NCBI GenBank assembly: GCA_040954595.2
Contig: CM082587.2
Coordinates: forward strand, 4,544,093-4,608,092
Direction: 5' to 3'
Source of the DNA: Balanoglossus misakiensis
Lineage: Eukaryota; Animalia; Hemichordata
DNA: 64,000 nucleotides
Position numbers and translations under genes: made by a program. The notes beneath the pieces are model-generated. The model was not told the DNA's origin. It did no database searches and saw only the letters and a list, made by a program, of their open reading frames with translations. Below, one piece after another: positions 38,301-50,700 of the stretch. Numbering within the stretch: the stretch's first letter is position 1; every line of letters starts with the position of its first letter.

Positions 38301-40057
38301 CGAAAACACTGATTCTGTATGCATATATCTTCCTTACTGTACATGTACATAAGTTTTACAATCTCTGGCAGTATTTCAAGGAAAATATTTCCCTATAGAG
38401 GTACTCAGGTAGGCCTTCTTTCAAGACTATGCAGGAAACAGAGTACTAATTATGCATGTTATTTGCATACACATTCTGATTGGTTGTTCACTTGGCATGT
38501 CTGTCACTGTGCTTGTTTTACTTAGAAATGTAGCCATCCCCCACCCCACCCTACTCTAGTAAGGTAGTATCACCTTAGCAGTCAAATTTGGCTGGTTCTG
38601 TAGATATTAATGCATCGAGATTGAGGCTTTTTCTGCTTCAGAATAGTCATAATTCAACGGTAAAATTGCTGTTGGGTAATTTTCCAGTACAAGGTACAAT
38701 CTCATGCAAAATGAGCCAGTTTTGTCACCACCCACCCCACCCCCAAACCATAAGCACAAACAAGTGCTTATATATTGCAAGTCATGAACACAAAGTGCAT
38801 TTTACATGTTTTGATGAATAGAGGCATCCTGGCCATTAAATTATTTCAAAGAGAACTCTATACCATGTATGCATGGAGACAAAAATACTAGCTGTACGTG
38901 TATATGTTTTGTATAAAAAAATCTGGTGTATAAAATTTTGACGTTCTGTAATTTTGTATATTGAAGTATTGTCTGGTACAATGGGAAACGGTATTTGTCT
39001 GTTTAGTAAAGAATTTACAATTCATGTATTTGCATCTCTCTTTGTTGTGAAATAAAATTTAAAGGATTGAAATAACAGAAATGATGTATTTGTAGTACAT
39101 GAAGTTGGACTATCACAGAAAGAGACACATAAATTGGTTGTAAAAAATTTATTCCGATGATTAAGTGTGTACCAGTAGATGTGAACATGACTTTAAAGAG
39201 AAATACAAAATAATGAGGTACCGTACGTGTCGTAGGAATGCTGACCACTGTACAAAATGTTGCTTCAAATTTTTTTCTCAAAAAAACTTTCATAACAGAC
39301 TGCAGCATAGATAACCGAGTAAAACACAAAGTAGAAAATTTCTGCGCTGAACAAAAAATGGGTCTCGTATCCAACAGGCATCCGTGAGAAAAGCAGGCAG
39401 ATGAACAACAGTAACAATCAACAATCTAACAAACATGATTTTAAAAGGGAGTCAATTTGAGGGTTTCTAACGATTTCTCTGAATCAGCCCTATACCTTCG
39501 CATGTAGTATGGTATTGCATCAATTTTAATTAGTACACATACATGCACTGTTTGTCATGATTAATTAATGAAAACGTAACTGGTTTGTGGTCATTTGTTC
39601 AAAACCAACGCTGTGGAGGCAGTATTCTTTGCAAATTAAGGGGAAAAAATTGCAGTAATGTATCCTCGAGTTTTTGAAAGCAACATTTTTGCTGTAAGTT
39701 TTACTTTTTTCTTTATGATGAGGTATTTGGTTCACTGAGTGTATGTCACCATCTGTAATGACAGAGGAAACGGCGCAATACAATGTACAAGTTTTTTGCT
39801 TGCTTCCTGCAAGTGGACAATGAACTAAACGTATACCAAAGTAATAAAAAGAAAACTGAACTCTAAGGTTCCACATAGCCTCACACACACAATTTGAATA
39901 CTGTGTTTTGGCTAAATAGCAAGGTAAAACAGTTTTGCAGACAAGCTGCATGTCAACAGAAGCACATTGCAGAACCACTTTGATTGATGGACAGAGCATT
40001 CCACATGGTGAAGCAAGTATAATGATAGTCTTGATTACACTTGAGGTCATTATCGAG

Positions 40058-41849
40058 TTAGAACACCCTGTCGAAGGCAGCGTCGTTGGATGTGGTCGGC
40101 CTCTGCTGCTGCTGGGAGGCCTGGTGGCCCTGTTGACCGCCACCGAGATGGCGCCGCCTGGGCGGGGCCAGGTACTCGAACATGGACTGGTTGTGGGTGG
40201 ACAGCATCTTGGCAAGACTGCACGGCATGGGGTCCGTCCAGAAAAAGTCATGGTTGAGCGCGGCGTCACTGTCGTACCGCTGCGTCGGGTCCAGGCACAG
40301 CAGCTTGTCGATCAAGTCCAGCGCCAGCGAGTCCTTCACGTACGCCTTGAGCCGCTCCTTGACCTTGCGTTTCTGTCCCTTGGGAAGTTCAAGTTTGTTG
40401 TACATTTCCAGATTCTCCACGGCGGGCCACGTGTCGGGCGCGATCGACCCGCACAGGTGGCTTATGAGAGTCAGCTGGTGTTGCTCCGTGTTCCCCTGCA
40501 TGATGGGACTGCGAGTCCACATCTCGGCGACTATGCACCCGGCGCCCCACGTGTCGATGGCAGGTCCGTAATTCCTCTCCCCGAGAAGCAACTCGGGCGG
40601 CCTGTACCACAGAGTGACTACTCTATTCGTGTACCTGTTGGGTCCTTTAGTGTTGCTGAAGGCCCTGGCCAGCCCAAAGTCGGCCAGCTTGAGGACGCCG
40701 TTCTTGGTGATCAGTATATTGGCGGCCTTCATGTCCCGGTGCAGGACTTTATTGCAGTGGATGTAGTAGAGCGAGTTCAACAACTGTCTCATGACCTCCT
40801 TGATCTCCCCCAGGTTGAATTTCACGTTGGGGTTGCTCAGAAGTCCCGCCAGGTCGTGTTCACAAAACTCAAACACCAGGAAGATGCTGCCTTTGTACCT
40901 GTTGAACTGTGTTGCTGTGGTATGAAAGAAAACACACAAAACTATTATGAATAACATTATATTTGATTTAGATTCACAACAGTTAGTGTTAATTCTCTGT
41001 CTCACTGTCATACTGTTCATCATCCCCCTTGTACCTGTAGACACAAGCTAAATACTGCTTGAAGGGAAATGATGAATGTCATCAAACCATTTACCTATGT
41101 TCCATAAATGCACAGGTTGTTTATCAGCTTTATCTAAAAGCAAATGATAAATATTTCAACTGACAGCAAAGGACTAAAACAATGTCAACAAGACCTATCT
41201 GCGAGAACCAAGAACCGGGGACTGTGGCTTTAACCTCAGCAAACAGAACGGATTCTCAAGTACAGTATTGACTACCAATACCATACATCATCATGAAAAC
41301 AATTTCACTCTCACCTTTGGTGCGACATATTTCCAGTAGACTCACAACATTCTCATGTCGCAGTAGTTGAAGGATTTTTATCTCTCTCAGAGCAGTGATG
41401 GGAAACTGGTGGAAACAATGGAAGACGTGATGAAAACAAAATTTTAAAATGTTGCACTGGAACCAATGTGTAAGTTTTGTTGACAAGGCAACAATAGTAT
41501 GAATGACAGTACACAGATTGACTTACTCCTTCTTTCTCGTTTTCCATGAGAACTTTCTTCAAGGCCACAACACGCCCTGTCCTTTTGTGTCGTGCTTTGA
41601 ATACTTCCCTGTGAAATAAAGTAAGCAGTGTCAGTTCGCGCTTGTGTGTGGCAGAACGACCTTGCTGATCAAGCACATTTCAAGGTCATACATGTACATT
41701 GTGGTACTCATTTTCACTACTAGTACTGCTCTTCTCATAGGAACAACATCTTACCCGAACGTTCCCTGGCCAATCTTTGCTAACTTCTCATACTTAAGGA
41801 CCTCGTCGCAGAATGGAAATTCCAAATTTTCCATTATATGGGGATTCAT
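40058..41849 (-). CDS. CDK9: Cyclin-dependent kinase 9 (P-TEFb catalytic subunit)
   Basis: Exons 41755-41849 (FPFCDEVLKYEKLAKIGQGTFG), 41527-41608 (VALKKVLMENEKEG), 41315-41405 (FPITALRE, the CDK9 signature) and 40058-40914 (HRDMKAAN, DFG, NRYTNRVVTLWYRPPE, C-terminal FDRVF*). Confidence 0.98.
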
Positions 41850-42287
41850 TTTGGAAAAATATCTAGGATTCGTCCCACAGCTAGTCTTCTCAAAGTTCCT
41901 CTACTCAAAATGGCGTCTTCCGGCGAAATGACCTACGACCTTGCTAAGAACCCTTAGCCTAATAGGAATTTTGACATGTATATTTTTAAAGAAACAACAT
42001 GGGTATTTTTATATTATCTAGATAGCTATTCCTGTCAAACTTGATTTATTATAAGTGTCTGTCGCTAATTTTAAAGGTTTTTCAACATTTTAAACAAAAT
42101 TACCAATTTTATTTATTGCTGGCTACACGGACGCCATTGAATATTCGGTGCCCTAAAGGGTACTCACAAATTGATGACGATTACACATCGTAGTTCCCGG
42201 AAATTTGCTAAATCCGTGGTAAGTGGGGAAATTAACCGTCTTGGTTGCGTAAATTGTGTCACCATTCCCGGAATATCATAATAAAAG
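41850..42287. promoter_or_regulatory. Compact bidirectional promoter of CDK9 and STEEP1
   Basis: The divergent ATGs are separated by only 438 bp. YY1-like AAAATGGCG near 41907 and ETS-like CCGGAA cores near 41918, 42197 and 42268. Confidence 0.7.
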
Positions 42288-43879
42288 ATGCCAAAGGTTA
42301 TATCTAGGAGTGTTGTCTGCTCCGATACCAGAGACAAAGAGGAATATGACGAAGCGAAGCCCTTACATGTGTACTACTGCCTGTGTGGGAAGATGGTCCT
42401 CATTCTTGGTGAGTTTACTAGGGGCAACCCATTTCTTTTGGGGTGGGTTTATACTGTAATTGGGGGGGGGGGGGGGAGGGGGCAAATGAGAGTGGGTTGA
42501 GCAGTGTGGATCTTCCAGGCCTAGTGCCTATTCTTCGACATAGTTTTCCAATTGCGTGAGACTGTCTTGAAATGAAACCCCGGTCTTTGTATATCCTACA
42601 GATTGCACGACAGACAAATTGCCAATGAGAAAGAGAGATGGAGCTAGAGTTATAGATGGCAGCAAACACGCACACAAACTAACCTGTGAAGCTGATGAAA
42701 CAATACATCTCAAAAGGTCAGTGAGTTATCTCAGTTTCAAACACACATCCTCATCTATAGTGAAGGAAATTTACAACATACATGTATTGAAATTCCTGCA
42801 ATTTGCATCCTGTGTAGTGTTTACAGTTTTGACATCAGTAGAGAGCAGATGTCATAGTATACATGTATGTATTAACTATCAGTTCTCACATTTCATTCTA
42901 ACAGGCCAGATGGAATAGAAAGACAGTACAGAAAGAAGTGCCAGAAGTAAGTACATGTTCTGCATCTGCTTAGTAATTACAATTGATAAAATGGTCTGCA
43001 AACATCCAATGAAACCACCTTCTCTAGACTTCCTTCGAAGCAAGATCACAAAAGTTCATAAGCGTAAATGTTTCACCCTCTACTTTGCAGGTGTGGTTTA
43101 TTTCTCTTTTACCAACACAACGAGAAGGATACCAACATTACTTTTATCGTAGAGGGTGGCGTTTTCAAAGCAGGTGATGGGCCAGTGAAGACAAATATCC
43201 TAGCACAAGCACAGACGGAAGCCCCTAAAAAGGTAATACTGCCCTCAAACTCAAATGCAAGATCACAGTATCCCTGACACTATGAAGAAAGATTGCAAGA
43301 AGAAAAACAAAAGTAACACAAAATACCAACAGTCACTAACGTCCCGTATGTATATTTCAGGTTATAAGAACAAAACGAACGAAAGAGATGGGTAAATTCA
43401 GTTCTGTGACAGTGTCTACAGTAGATGAAGAAGAAGAGGAAATTGAGGCTGTAAGTAAAGTATTGAGCTCACTGATGAACTATAGAGTGCCACACACTAC
43501 TTCGAGAGTTGGTAGTCTAATTCACACACATGTACACTGTATGTTAAACTTGAATGCATTTTCTTCGCAGAGAGAAGTGGCAGATTCATATGCCAGCAAT
43601 GCAAGAGTGATAGAAAAACAGTTAATGAGGAAAGGTGTTGCTAAAAGAAAACTTCAAGAAATGGTATGTTGAATCATTCTGTAATTTTTGCCTTTACTGT
43701 AGCTTGCATCACAGGCATGTAAACATTGTTGCTGTTTAACTTGGGTTATGGGTTGTTGTGGGGAAGCATACCAAACAAGTTTAATTTATTTTTTAAACAA
43801 TCATTTTGTGTCTCTTACACAGGCAGAGGAAGAGATGAAGAAGAAACCAAAGGGAACTCTCATGGCTGACAAGTATTGA
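42288..43879 (+). CDS. STEEP1: STING ER exit protein 1 / CXorf56 (UPF0428) orthologue
   Basis: Approximate exons 42288-42408 ([32 protein letters not shown]), 42602-42716 ([13 protein letters not shown]), 42905-42946, 43091-43232, 43361-43450 ([21 protein letters not shown]), 43571-43663 ([18 protein letters not shown]) and 43823-43879 ([11 protein letters not shown]). Confidence 0.95.
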
Positions 43880-44754
43880 AGCAAGAAAGCAGATCTTGTC
43901 AACATACTGTTCATATCAGCTGGAACTTTTTGTTGACCTCTCTCTGCATGTATCATGCGGTGAAATCGAAAAATCTCGCAGATGCCATTGCTAGCCCAAT
44001 GGGGAACCATATTTTTGGCAGGCGCCATGTGAATGCTATATGGTGAGATTCCTGGGAGATATAACCTGAACTCCCTAAGTGTGGAAATGTATGCCGTTGT
44101 AGTCTGCAGTTAACACTCAAGATCGTCAGGTTAAAATGATATTTTCAGTTTTTACTTTTCATTTTTTTAAATTTCTTTTTAAATAAATAAATAAATAAGT
44201 GCTATTTATGTAAAGTTTGCTTGCTTTTAATTTCTGTCGTTCCCTTTAGCGTAGCGCAGCCAGCGGTGGGAATGAGGCAGGGGACCAGACTAACGGCAGT
44301 TCATGTCAGTCAAATAAAACACTGCAATAGTGCAATTATTACAGGTATAATACATTTATTACAGGTTGGTAAAAATAAGTACAGCATACTCAGCTCATTG
44401 AAAGTTATGTTTCCAGAAACTTTCAAACCAGAACAACTCTCCACTCCATTTTAATATAAAATCACTGTGAATCAAATCACATTTCAAATTTATTTACTAG
44501 AAATATTTACAGGGACATAGAAGTAAAGCAAACACCTAGTGAAGACACACAAACTGACGCCATTTTTTTTTCCATTCCGCAAACTGAAAAAGGGACAGAG
44601 AAGTTATTTCCCTCGTCTCGGTGGAATATTTACAGTTAATGTTATTGCTTTGTGTGTGCTTCTATGTCCAGTAACAAACATTCAGTCTTTGGATAAATGG
44701 AAAATATTTTTCGTGATGGGTTGAACTCCAATGATGTTATCAAACAATATGCAG

Positions 44755-47700
44755 TCAGTACAAGGACTTGACTTTTTCCACCGACTGGCACCAGCTGTCC
44801 GTCCACCTCTCCTCGGCGATCAACTGTTCCTGTTTCTGTTCATCCACACTTTCCAGGTTCCTGTCAAACTCCACCAGGTATTCCTGTGTACAGGATAGAT
44901 AAAACAGATTTGTTAGATGTGGTAAAGGTTCCTGTAAACTTTTGTGCTGTGATTTCAAGTACTTAAGTACATATACCAGTATGTGTGCATGCACGTGTAT
45001 GTACTATGTACGTACGTATGTGTCTCTAATCTTTTCTCCCTCTGTCCCCACCCTACCACCTCAATGTTTCTGCCCAAACTCACATTATAAGCGCTATCCC
45101 TGGCTTCCAAAGCTGCAGCATGTCCCAGTGTTGTCTTGGCTGTCGTTACAGATGCCGTCAGATCAGGCTGTGTTGGTCTGTCCGCTATCACTAACTCATT
45201 ACTCGGCATGCCCGGCCACGCCCTGCTGCCTCTCTCAATCACCGGTCTGTATTCTTCATCTTCAAGTGGTTTTCCTGACTGCTTTCTTTTCATCAGGGTA
45301 CTCGTCTTGTGTTTCTTAGGATCCACTCCTGTGTAACACAAGATATCAACAACAAATTCACTTACAAAATGGGTTTCACCATTCAGACATGACAATCCCT
45401 CTATTTTATTGGTATGATCGAGTCCGTACACAGAGCCTGGAAATCCAATCACTACACAACATGGCCAAATCATCCATGTACTACCTATACCCTCTACAGT
45501 CTACCACACACTATACTTACGTCCTGTTTCTACATCGTCAACCACCAGCAGCGAATCCAACATCAGAAGCATCTGCTCTGTTGCTGTGGACAGCGTCTTC
45601 ACAAAGCCATTGCCAAGTTCAACCGACGATTCCTAGCGTTTTAAGAAAATTCAATATGTCCATATGATTTTGGTATTAACACGTGATCAATGCTTTATTC
45701 TGAAATTCATTTAGTTTAAATGGAAAAATATCTGATGGCATATCCTTTGCTCTAAACCTGCCAAGCTTCACAAAATCACGACTGACCTTCAATTTCTGCG
45801 TATTTTCATCCACTCCGTTCAAATAATCTCGACGCCGCTCGTCTTCCTGGTTGCAGAGTTTGACAAGCTGTGGTTTGTTGTGTGGATGACCCAGGGTTGG
45901 TCTCAGCAGTGTCTTGTATTCATTCTGGAAAAAGAAGGGATAAAAATGAAAACATCCATGCATGTGGTTCTGCACATTAACGAAATGCACATTGTTCTGG
46001 CCTGTATACCTTCACGGTCCCTTCTATACATTAAGATTGATGCTACATGTACATGTATAGTCAAGACATTACAGAATGACTTGTTGAGGTACTTGTGGTA
46101 AAAGGCCACCACGCCACTCACCCTTCTTCTGTCCCACACTTGTAACTGCGCCACAAACTCGTCGTCCAAATGACTTCTGGCGTTGTGGAAGATCTGCAGC
46201 TGATCTCGGAGGACGTCTCGGATCACGAGAGGCGGCACTTGGGATACTAGGTCTTCAAGTATCTCCAGCTGCCCACGAAATTCTGTCGGGAGTCAAGATA
46301 TTTTTGGGGTTAATTAATACTGACTCTTCAGCTAAGTTCAACCAGATCACCACTGACTGTCTCTGTCTCTCTTTCTCTCTCACCTTGCAAACAGTGGTTA
46401 TGGTAGTCATCAGCCTGATGATAATAAGACTGCAACTTTGCAATCACCATTTCAGCACACTGATCAAATGTGTCTTGTATAGCTGGGGATCTTGTTGGTG
46501 CCCTGTTACCCTTCTGTCTGTAATACAACTGAAGTAACAAAAAAATGTTCATGTTATTTATAGATCTGATCCAACAGGTATAGTCTATGAATAATATGTG
46601 TTTTGACTATTGTATCTACTGGTAATTCATGTACCTGGGGTATGATAAAGTCTTTTTGAGATCCAAAGATTTACCTTCACTTTTCAAACTACATGTAACC
46701 ACACGACTATATGTACACACACACAGTACAGCTAAAATATCATGCAACACTGACCTCAGCAGTGCTTAGCAACCCATCCATTGCATCCCAGAGAACGGCA
46801 CGGATCATGGCCAGGAAGTGCTTCTCCTCGTCCCGCTTCTCGCCAAAGACGTAGTATTTCTTGTCGAACTTGGTGCTCTTACTGGTTCGACGGACTCTGT
46901 GTGATTAAAAAAGCAATGTACAGGTACTGCTGTAATGTTAAGAAACTATGTACAAAATTTCAACAGAAAATTCTGCTGTGAACGACTTGCCAGCCTCACA
47001 CAAAACTCATATCACAGAAAATACTCACGAAGCTGAAGCACTTCGTCTCGGATTACCATCCCCACTTAAACCAGTGCTCCGTCTGGACACAGCTTTGGGT
47101 CGATCTTTGTCCGACTGCTTGGTTTGAGGTCGAGATGATTTCGATTTCTGGTCATCGCTCTGCGTGGATTGAGTTCCGGCTGGCCTAGGAACTGTTGGAT
47201 GGAGAAGGAAAATTATTACACACCTATTGTCCAATACGCTGTGGATTGCACCATACAATATGCAAATGGGCGCTGCAGGGAGTCCAAATATGGCTGATGT
47301 GCTAGTGTATGCTCAGAAACACCATAGATATTATACCCAGGGTAGTACATGTGATATAATAATCTAAAGGACATACCAGTTGGTTGAAAGACTTCTGGGT
47401 CTGGATTCACTGTACCCAACTGCATCTTGACTCGCTGAGAACTGAAAAGAGATCACAAATAACGTCTCATGATTAGACTTGTCACAGACAGCAGCTGATA
47501 GTGAGCAGACACTGACAAAAACAATCACGGTTGTAATCAACATGTGCTTGGCCCATCCTGACAATCCACAAGCCATTATGACCATTCAGAGAAGTCACAC
47601 ACAATTTACTTTTTTAAATTCTCACCTCAAAATACTCTTGATGACGCCCACAGCGGCATCCTCCACTGGTTGCTTGTTGGCCGCCTTGATGGTGACCACT

Positions 47701-50700
47701 GTGGTGGTGGTGGGTGGCTGCGCGTGCGTCTGCTGGTGGTCCCGCTCCGACTGGCAATACTGCGACGCGTCCTCCGCGAATCCCACTTTGCTGGACACGG
47801 CTATGTTCCCCTGCAGGGGTTCCAGACCCTGGGGAAGGGTGGCGTGCTTCATGCAGTTCAAGTAGCGGCACCGGTCGTCGAAGGCACCAAAGACGGCTGT
47901 CAGACTTTCCAGTAGTTCTTCGGAGGTTATTTGCTGCATGTCAAAGAAGGAAAGATTCCATCAAGAAATGTCACCCCTACCAAAGTTTAAGCAGTGATCA
48001 AAACGAAACTTCAAAGAAAGGATCAATGTATCCCCTGAGAAATTATTTTTTTTCAAAAAATACATTCCCAAGATATGATGAGCTTTTAACAGTACCTCTT
48101 TATCGAGATTGGGTTTATCACAGGCATCAATTCTCCTCTCCACTATCAGCAGATGGTGAGCCAGCTTCTGGGCTTGGGTGTTGCTAGCGGCAACCTCCGC
48201 TTTGATCTTCACCTGAGTGTTAGTAAGCCATCTTGATAGTTTCTCCATGAAGGTCAGGTCAAAGAGATGGTTCTTAAACCTGCAGGTCAAAGGCAATGAA
48301 GAGAACCACAAAAGGTTGTAATTCAATCCTGTTCATTTCAATTTTTATAGAGAAATGGACTGCATTTTAATTTTCCAATTTTACATTTTTTTCAAATGTA
48401 TACAGATCAGTATATCAGTGGATATACAGGTATTTATAATTAAAATCCAAGTACATTTTTTTTACCACTACAAAACTGATGTACTAAAATTTATCAATTT
48501 AAAAGGTCAAGTGAAGGTCATTTTCTTTCTTACCTATCTTCAAATGCACTAGCTACATGAGATGCCTGTTCTAGTCTCTTAGCCTCCATGCCTTCCAAGT
48601 CGGCCATGATGAAACCCTCGGCCGAGTCGATCCTCTGCGACTGCTTCTCAAGTTTCTTCTTGTATTCATCGATTTCTTCCGGCGAGAAGTTGCCACCATC
48701 GGAAAACACCCTGTGAGAGATTGTGATTGGCTTGAGATGTTAATGCTGCACCCTTTCACCCCTATTTCACTTCATGTGGATTCAACCTTACTGTAGAAAG
48801 CAATTGGGATAGCCTAAAGTACTAGTGGTGGAAGGATGGAAATGCTAACTGCATTCTGACAGTAAACATACTTACTTGAATGATTTGATAAATCTGGCAT
48901 TGGACTCTCTCAGCATCTGAAGCGTATCATCCAGGTTCTTTCTGAAATGTCTGAGAGAGGCTCTGATCACGCCCATGTAACTGTCCAGTTTTGTGCTCAC
49001 TTGGTGCTGAAGAGCGACCAGCCTGTTCAAAGAACATACAAAGAGAAGACATGAATTTATTTCTGCTGAAAAAGCAAACAAAAATGGCCACAAATCTTTG
49101 TTTGGCCCTACACTATACTCATTTGCATAATTCATAAAATGATTGGTGTCTGTGAGCAGGCACAAATCATCTCAGTTCCGAAAAGACAAATGTTGAATCT
49201 TCCATGTCGAAGTCACGTGACAACCACATGACAGTCACATGCACACTCACGTGGCAGATTTGGTAGCGTTCATGAACACAGTCTCCAGGGATTCGATGCT
49301 TGCTTTGAAGTCGTCGGCCAGCTTGTTGTGCTCCTGCTGCATGTCGGCGAATCGCGTCTTCAGGTCGTTGAGGGCGGCGGCGATACCCTTGGAGTGTCGG
49401 GCCACCCGCTCCTGGTGCATGACCAATTCGGCGGCGCGCACGTTGTGGATGTCCAGCTCGGCCCTCCTGGCCCTGGGGCCGTGCAGGTGAAGGCGCAGCT
49501 CCAATTCACTGTTCAGTTCTTCGCACTGATTGTATGACGTGACAATTAATCCACAGATTAGAACATGGTCATTTTGGGTGAAATATTCACTATACACACT
49601 CTCCTAACCCTCCCACCGCCTATCTCTGTACATGAGCCCATCTATGCATTGAAAAGAATAGGATTAACCCCTTCAGTAAATCTTACTCAAAATATATAGA
49701 CATGACCCAAGCAAACAGTGAATGTAAGTAACATCAGCCTGTCCATCTTACCTTGGCTGCCACCACACTGTTGGCTCTCTCTATGGCCTGTGTCACCCAG
49801 TCTTCTAAATGATTCAAGAAATTCATTCTCATGCTGAAAAAAACAAACAGAACACAATATTCAAAGCCAAACTTATAAATGTGTTCACTGGATTTTTGGC
49901 ATGCACCAATAGATAGAAATTATAATCCTTATTCCCCTGAGTATCTAACTGACTGTTCCTCTCATTCAATTATCTTTTAGTCACAAAGTCTGTAAAAATT
50001 AACTCACTCTTTTCTGAGTTCCAGCAACAGGCTGTCGGCGATCTGCACGTTCTGTAGATGCAGGGGCACCTCAGCTGGGTCTGTCTCCGTCATAAACACG
50101 TTCTGGTCACCTTCAGGAATGCCATGTTCCCCGGCCACGGTCAACACGTAGAACATGGTACCCTTGGAGGTGGACAGTACCTCCTTGACGGCGGTCGGCA
50201 CGGGGCTTTTCCTGGCCTCAGTTGCGTCCTGGTGGTTCGAATAAAGATTTTATTCATCATCACACGTGGAGTGGTATGTGTTACAGTACTTTCTTCTGTC
50301 TGAACCCCTCTTCACAGACAAATTTGAATTAACAAAACTGACACACTCACCGATCTGACAGAAGTCATGGGACTGGAACTTCTACTGCGTTCGCTTCCGC
50401 TCTCCGGTGTGCGACTTCGGAATCGACTCCGGGGTGTTCTCCTGGAAGCCCTGCTGGATTCACGGCTGCCCCGCCCACTCTCCTGGAATGCAACAATAAT
50501 AATAATAATAGTTTATTCTCAATTCAAATCAAATCTCCGGTAAACAGACTCGATGTCCATCAAGAAGACAGACAACTGCCATTACCCTCATGAACAGTCA
50601 ATATACGTACACTATTTCCCCCACACACAAAAACTAACTTACCGGATTTTTCCTGCCCACAGTGTAGAATTTACAGACAGAGTCATCGTATCGCTGCAGT

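Noticed and set aside
39935-40954. 339-aa plus-strand ORF antisense to CDK9
   Set aside because: It shadows the GC-rich CDK9 exon, starts at a non-ATG codon and has no recognisable domain.
41850-41940. N-terminally extended CDK9 like the mammalian 55-kDa isoform
   Set aside because: An in-frame stop lies 18 codons upstream of the ATG, with no upstream ATG in between.
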